Shown: one piece after another, positions 59,282 through 64,000 of the stretch
Numbering within the stretch: position 1 is the stretch's first letter
Layout: the number at the start of each line of letters is the position of its first letter
Source of the DNA: Chloroflexota bacterium
GTDB lineage: Bacteria > Chloroflexota > Anaerolineae > UBA4142
Direction of reading: 5' to 3'
Length of the DNA stretch: 64,000 nt
Assembly: GCA_016223105.1 (NCBI GenBank)
Contig: JACRPR010000083.1
Location: 32,724-96,723, forward strand
Notes under the pieces: generated by a model
Told to the model about the DNA's origin: nothing
Databases searched by the model: none
Seen by the model: only the letters and a program-made list of their open reading frames with translations
Program-made: the position numbers and the translations under genes

Positions 59282-60895
59282 TTACTTTTCCGTTTCGCGT
59301 TGGCGCAACTTGAACCGTTGAATTTTTCCCGTCGCGGTTTTGGGCAGTTCGCTCACAAATTCGATCCAGCGCGGATATTTGTACGGCGCGATTTTATCTT
59401 TGACAAATGATTTTAATTCGGCTTCCAATTCCGGCGACGACGCGAATCCTTGTTTCAACACGACGAACGCTTTCGGCTTGAGGAGTTCGTCCTTGTCCAT
59501 CAATCCGATCACCGCGCACTCGAACACCGCCGCGTGCAACATCAACGTCGCTTCGACTTCGACCGGCGAAACCCAGATGCCGCCGGCTTTGAGCATATCG
59601 TCCGAGCGACCTTGGTACCAAAAATATCCGTCCGCATCAATCGAGTACTTGTCGCCGGTGCGAATCCATTCGCCGACAATCGTCTCTTTGGTTTTCGTGT
59701 GCTTGTTCCAGTACAGCGCGCAGATTGAATCGCCGCGAATCAACAAATTGCCGACTTCGCCTTGCGGCAATTCCTGATCGTTCTCGTCCGCGATTTTTGC
59801 ATCGTAACCGGGGACGAGTTTGCCGGACGAACCAGGTCGCGCCTGGTTTGCGCGATTCGAAATGAAAATGTGCAAAATTTCGGTCGAGCCGATGCCGTCC
59901 AAAATTTCGACGTTCCATTTCGCAAGCCACTTGTCGTACAACGCTTTCGGCAATGCTTCGCCCGCGCTGATGCACTGGCGCACCGAACTCAAATCGTACG
60001 CGGACGTGTCGTCGAGCGCGAGCAAACCGGCGTACGCGGTCGGCACGCAAAAGAACAAGGTGGGTTTCGTTTTAGTGATTGTTTCGTAAATTGCTTTTGG
60101 TTCGGGACGACCCGGATACAAGATTGTCGTCGCACCGACGTAGAAGGGAAAATACAATGCGTTGCCGAGACCGTACGCGAAAAATAATTTTGCGACCGAG
60201 AACGTGCGATCGTTTTCGTTCATGTTCAACACGCCGCGCGCGTAATTTTCCGCGCAGTAAATCATATCGTGTTGCAAATGCACCGCGCCTTTGGGAAAAC
60301 CGGTTGTGCCGGAACTGTAAAGCCAAAAACACGCGTCATCGCGCGCGGTGTCCGCCGGCGCGAGCTTGGGCGATTCGTGCGCGATCCAATCCGCAAAATT
60401 GATCGTGCCGGGAGGATTCGCGCTGAGCGAAGTCGAAGCGTTGAGCGAAGTCGAAGCACTGAGCGAAGTCGAAGCGCGGACAACGATGATGTGCTTGAGC
60501 CATTTGAGATTCGCGCGCACCGGCTCGATACTCGCGTAGAGCGGCTCGCTCACGATCAACACGGTCGCGCGCGAATCGTTGAGAAAGTATTCGTAATCGG
60601 CGGGCTTTAACAATGTGTTCGTCGGGATCGGAAGCGCGCCGATGCGGATCGCGCCGAAAAAACTCGCGACAAATTCCGGCGAATCGAGCAAGAGACACAT
60701 CACGCGTTGTTCCATCTGCACGCCCAGTTTCAACAGCGCGTTGCCGGTGCGATTGACCATTGCGGCGACATCGTTGTAGGTGAACGATTGATCGCCGTAC
60801 ACAATCGCGGTTTTCGATCCGCGCCCGGCTTGCAGATTCGCGTCAATAAATGTGGTCGAAGCGTTGTACCGATCCGGCAGTACTGGCACAGTCAT
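59282..60895 (-). CDS. Benzoate-CoA ligase family aryl-CoA ligase
   Basis: The ATG at 60895 has a GGGAGG RBS. It contains YNASTTFIDANL, YSSGTTGFPKGAVH and the C-terminal GKIQRFKLR. Confidence 0.8.
   Translation of the reverse strand: MTVPVLPDRYNASTTFIDANLQAGRGSKTAIVYGDQSFTYNDVAAMVNRTGNALLKLGVQMEQRVMCLLLDSPEFVASFFGAIRIGALPIPTNTLLKPADYEYFLNDSRATVLIVSEPLYASIEPVRANLKWLKHIIVVRASTSLSASTSLNASTSLSANPPGTINFADWIAHESPKLAPADTARDDACFWLYSSGTTGFPKGAVHLQHDMIYCAENYARGVLNMNENDRTFSVAKLFFAYGLGNALYFPFYVGATTILYPGRPEPKAIYETITKTKPTLFFCVPTAYAGLLALDDTSAYDLSSVRQCISAGEALPKALYDKWLAKWNVEILDGIGSTEILHIFISNRANQARPGSSGKLVPGYDAKIADENDQELPQGEVGNLLIRGDSICALYWNKHTKTKETIVGEWIRTGDKYSIDADGYFWYQGRSDDMLKAGGIWVSPVEVEATLMLHAAVFECAVIGLMDKDELLKPKAFVVLKQGFASSPELEAELKSFVKDKIAPYKYPRWIEFVSELPKTATGKIQRFKLRQRETEK
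60422..60475. repeat. 3 x 18-bp tandem repeat inside the aryl-CoA ligase CDS
   Basis: (c/t)tgagcgaagtcgaagc(g/a) repeated three times. On the minus strand it is translated as ASTSLS ASTSLN ASTSLS. Confidence 0.85.
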
Positions 60896-60913
60896 TGTGT
60901 CCTCCCAAATGTT

Positions 60914-60960
60914 GGGCAAATTTCTAATTTGCCCCTGAATGGCAAATTGGAAATTTGCCC
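60914..60960. repeat. Double hairpin GGGCAAATTTCTAATTTGCCC / GGCAAATTGGAAATTTGCC
   Basis: Lies between the amidohydrolase stop and the CoA ligase start. Same family as 56491-56534. Confidence 0.8.
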
Positions 60961-61811
60961 TACGCAAAAACTTTTAACGCGGTGTCGCGCAAAATTTTTC
61001 GTTGCGCTTGATCAGAAATCGGAAGCGTTTTGAATTTTTCAATGTTCGCGCCAATGTCTTTGACAAACGGTCCGGGCCAATCCGATCCAAACATCGTTTG
61101 GTCCGCGATCTGTTCGAGGCGCGGAAAATATTCCAACAGGTTTTGCGGCGGGATGTTGGAAATTTCGAGAAAGACATTTTTGCTCCGCCGCACGAGAAAG
61201 AATGCTTCGTCCATCCAGAGCGGACGACCGCCATGCGCGAGGATTATACGCAGTTTCGGAAAATCTACAATTAAATCGTCCGCGTAAATCGGTTGCGCGT
61301 ATTTGTTGCGCGCGCGCGGAAACACCGACGTGCCGGTGTGAATCATCACCGGCAAACCCAGGTCTTGCGCGCGTTCGTACAGTTTGGCTTGTTGCGGCAA
61401 ATTGTCGCGATATTGATTCGGGTAAATTAATTGATGCGCGGGATGCACCTTGAGCAATTTGATGCCCAGGTTTGCGAGCCGTTCCACTTCCGCCGCGCAA
61501 TCTTGTGTGAAGCGCGGATGCACCGAGCCGCACGCGATCAAACGATCGGGCGCGGCTTGCACATAGCGCGCGACCCAGTCGTTTGTCTCCGCGGTAAAGC
61601 CCATCACGTCCGGCGCGACGTAATTGATCAGCACCGCTTTTTCGACGCCGACACGATCGAGGTACGCGAGCAGTTTTGCCGGGTCGCGCATCATCGCGAC
61701 CACCTCGTCGAAATTCGCGAGATGCGCGCCGAACGCTTTGAATGTTTCCGGGTTCAACATTTCGAGCGGTTGGATGTGGATGTGAACGTCAATGGCAAGG
61801 TAATTGTTCAT
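60960..61811 (-). CDS. Amidohydrolase-2 family metal-dependent hydrolase
   Basis: Has an N-terminal IDVHIHI and a TIM-barrel hydrolase pattern. Confidence 0.8.
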   Translation of the reverse strand: MNNYLAIDVHIHIQPLEMLNPETFKAFGAHLANFDEVVAMMRDPAKLLAYLDRVGVEKAVLINYVAPDVMGFTAETNDWVARYVQAAPDRLIACGSVHPRFTQDCAAEVERLANLGIKLLKVHPAHQLIYPNQYRDNLPQQAKLYERAQDLGLPVMIHTGTSVFPRARNKYAQPIYADDLIVDFPKLRIILAHGGRPLWMDEAFFLVRRSKNVFLEISNIPPQNLLEYFPRLEQIADQTMFGSDWPGPFVKDIGANIEKFKTLPISDQAQRKILRDTALKVFA

Positions 61812-61846
61812 AGATGATCCAAGACCCTAAAGGTTTTCAAAAACCT

Positions 61847-62422
61847 TTAGGGTCTGCGCGCGGCTTGCGCCTGGCGCACAATGTCCGCGAGTTGATTGAG
61901 ATGATCGTTGTCGTGTTTCAAGCCGAACACAAAACGCGTGATCGCGTTGAGCGGTTCGAAACCAGGACGGCTCTCGTACGCGTTTTGCAAATCCGGTTTT
62001 GGGGGCCATGCATCGAGCAGTGCCAATCTCATTCGCCGCGATTCTTCCAACCGTTCGCGACATTGCGCGATGGTTGTGATCGTATCCCAGGGAATTTCGT
62101 ACCGCGACCGTCCGCCGCGATGCGGCACGCCACGCGCGAGTTCGGCGGCGATGAACGCGGATTCTTCCGCGGACGCGGTAACGTGGGCGATGACGTGTCC
62201 CAGCGTCCACGCGAGATGCACCAGGTCGGGATCGTCGGCGAATGAATCGTACGCGTTCGCGTCTTTGGGGACGAACGTAACATCCTCATCCGCGCAGTTC
62301 GCGATCAGGTTTTGCATCGTGTCAAGCATTTCGTTTGTGAGCGCGCGCAAATCATTCGGCGTAAGATTCTCCGTGAGTTGGCGCATCTTGATGCCTTTGC
62401 CGAGCGCAGTGAAATCGAGCAT
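61847..62422 (-). CDS. DinB-family protein
   Basis: The ATG at 62422 has an AAGGAG RBS. It shows a four-helix DinB His pattern (HVIAH..., HDNDHLNQL). The listed N-terminal extension only translates a repeat. Confidence 0.7.
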   Translation of the reverse strand: MLDFTALGKGIKMRQLTENLTPNDLRALTNEMLDTMQNLIANCADEDVTFVPKDANAYDSFADDPDLVHLAWTLGHVIAHVTASAEESAFIAAELARGVPHRGGRSRYEIPWDTITTIAQCRERLEESRRMRLALLDAWPPKPDLQNAYESRPGFEPLNAITRFVFGLKHDNDHLNQLADIVRQAQAARRP

Positions 62423-62432
62423 AGTCTCCTTG

Positions 62433-62503
62433 ATGTTGGAAGTTGGATGTTGGAAATTGGAAAGTGGAATCCAACATCCAACTTCTAACTTCCAACTTCC
62501 AAC
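62433..62503. repeat. Hairpin of GGAAGTT/AACTTCC units (same family as 1292-1391)
   Basis: atgttggaagttggatgttggaaattggaaagtggaatccaacatccaacttctaacttccaacttccaac. Confidence 0.85.
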
Positions 62504-64000
62504 GCACCTTTCAGCCACTCTTTATTCGCCGGCAGATTATAACACCGAATCCCGGTCGCGTTAAATATCGCATTGATGATCGCGGGCGCGGTCGGGATCG
62601 ACGCGAGTTCGCCGACGCCTTTCGCGCCATAGGGGCCGTCTTTTGTTTCGTCTTCGACAAAAAATGCGGTGATCTCCGGCGTTTGATCAATCGTCGGCAG
62701 ATTGCATTTGTGAAGCGAATCGGTTTGCACGTAACCATCCTTCATCACAAAATTTTCTTGCAATGCCATTCCGAGCCCCATCGAAATACTGCCTTCGACT
62801 TGACCGAGCAGAGCGAGCGGATTCATCACGCGCCCAACATCGCACGCGGCGATCACTTGCAAAACCTGGGTCGCGCCGGTTTTCACATCCACTTCCACAA
62901 GCGCGGCTTGCGCGCCGAATCCAAACGCGACGTGTTGATATTTTTCAGTGTGCGGCGCGACGTACTGATAACTGATTTTCGGAATGCGACCTTCGCGGCG
63001 CGCGGCTTGTACGACATCGTTCAACGCGACGCGACGATCTGTCATTGCGAGCGGTTTCTGCGAAGCAATCTCCAAATCGCGATCTGGAGATTGCTTCCCT
63101 TCGCTCGCAATGACATACCCATCCACAAACACCAAACTTTCCGGCGACGCATCCAACATCTCCGCCGCGACCTGGCTGAGCAACGCGCGTGCTTCGCGAC
63201 ACGCGTGGCGCGCCGCGTTGCCGGTGACGTACGTTTGGCGCGACGCGGTTGTCGCAAAACCATCGAGTGTTAAATCGGTGTCCGCGACCAACACATCAAC
63301 TTGCTCATACGGCACGCCGAGTTCTTCCGTAACGATTTGCGCGAGCACACCGACGAGTCCTTGTCCGATTTCTGCCGCGCCCGCGCGAATCGCCGCGCGA
63401 CCGTCCGCGAATAATTCAACTTCCGCGCCAGCCGCATCGTACGCGCCACTGCCAAAGCCGGTATTTTTGTACGCGCACGCGACGCCCCACGCGCGGCGTT
63501 TGTCGCCTTCGACCGCGACGACCTGGTGTTTGTTCATCGCGGCGATCACTTTTTCCAAACACTCGTCAAGTCCGCAACTTTCGGTCATCACTTGCCCGGC
63601 GAGCGTGCGCTTGCCGTACTTTAAAATGTTTTTGCGGCGAATTTCAATCGGCGAAATGGTGAGCGCGCGCGCGAGTTCGTCCATCTGGCTTTCCATCGCG
63701 AACGCAGACTGCGTAACGCCGAATCCGCGAAACGCGCCGGACGGCACATTGTTCGTGTACATCGCGAACGTGTTGACGCGCACATTTTCGACCTGGTATG
63801 GTCCCGCGGCGTGTGTCGTCGAGCGCAACATCACATGATTGCTGAGCGATGCGTACGCGCCACCGTCGCCATAAATTTCAACTTCGTGCGCGACGAGCGT
63901 GCCATCCTTGCGCGCGCCGGTTTTCATTTTGATTTGCGTCGCGTGGCGTTTCGGATGGACGAGCAGAGATTCTTTGCGTGTGAAGACCAATTTGACCGGG
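62485..64000 (-). CDS. Xanthine dehydrogenase/aldehyde oxidase family molybdopterin-binding subunit; 5' part lies beyond the window
   Basis: The frame is open to nt 64000. It contains GFGVTQSAFAMESQMD, GQGLVGVLAQIV and PYGAKGVGE. Confidence 0.8.
   Translation of the reverse strand, partial: PVKLVFTRKESLLVHPKRHATQIKMKTGARKDGTLVAHEVEIYGDGGAYASLSNHVMLRSTTHAAGPYQVENVRVNTFAMYTNNVPSGAFRGFGVTQSAFAMESQMDELARALTISPIEIRRKNILKYGKRTLAGQVMTESCGLDECLEKVIAAMNKHQVVAVEGDKRRAWGVACAYKNTGFGSGAYDAAGAEVELFADGRAAIRAGAAEIGQGLVGVLAQIVTEELGVPYEQVDVLVADTDLTLDGFATTASRQTYVTGNAARHACREARALLSQVAAEMLDASPESLVFVDGYVIASEGKQSPDRDLEIASQKPLAMTDRRVALNDVVQAARREGRIPKISYQYVAPHTEKYQHVAFGFGAQAALVEVDVKTGATQVLQVIAACDVGRVMNPLALLGQVEGSISMGLGMALQENFVMKDGYVQTDSLHKCNLPTIDQTPEITAFFVEDETKDGPYGAKGVGELASIPTAPAIINAIFNATGIRCYNLPANKEWLKGALEVGS
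63041..63114. repeat. Complete MITE-like palindrome inserted in-frame in the molybdoenzyme CDS
   Basis: gtcattgcgagcg...gaagcaatctcc...ggagattgcttc...cgctcgcaatgac is translated as VIASEGKQSPDRDLEIASQKPLAMT. Confidence 0.8.

Overview
This 64-kb window comes from a moderately high-G+C bacterial chromosome. The taxon cannot be determined from the sequence alone. The RhaEW-type rhamnose genes, an exosortase system and lipobox signals would fit a Chloroflexota-like organism, but that is inference only.

Gene content in order:
- A peptide-type ABC importer: a partial substrate-binding protein (SBP) plus two permeases.
- A stand-alone AAA+ ATPase.
- Ribokinase and a fused MFS/spermidine-synthase-like gene.
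- A three-gene minus-strand operon: an exosortase-EpsI fusion, a polytopic VIT-vWA protein ending in PEP-CTERM, and a small translationally coupled gene.
- A YCII-like gene.
- A visibly lower-G+C accessory tract at about 12.9-24.5 kb. It holds a short island remnant with a TIR/NDT-like gene, followed by a ~10.1-kb integrated element bounded by 26-bp direct repeats. One of those repeats is the 3' end of tRNA-Pro(CGG).
- HAD hydrolase, an alpha/beta-hydrolase::Zn-ADH fusion, a beta-propeller lipoprotein and an FtsX-type permease.
- Three tandem DsbA-like genes.
- A sugar ABC/oxidoreductase operon and a DeoR-controlled rhamnose/fucose utilisation locus (GH29, RhaI, RhaEW, RhaB, GH78).
- CoA ligases, RidA, a dipeptidase, a beta-helix protein, an amidohydrolase, DinB, and a partial xanthine-dehydrogenase-family subunit.

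Most notable observations:
1. The three DsbA paralogs each carry an in-frame TGA exactly at the first Cys of CxxC. Each TGA is followed by a position-conserved hairpin. They are candidate UxxC selenoproteins, and one copy is decayed.
2. The integrated element has the gene syntax of a filamentous (inovirus-like) phage. It carries an integrase, many ~40-100-aa membrane proteins, a pIII-like secreted protein, a Zot/pI-like P-loop ATPase, a pC194/phiX-type HUH Rep, a CTTGAT nick-site-like motif and an Xis.
3. Intergenic DNA is saturated with hairpins built from short tandem (often heptameric) units and with several MITE-like palindrome families. Several of these sit in-frame inside otherwise conserved enzymes.

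All calls come from manual reading of the sequence and ORF translations. No database search was run.
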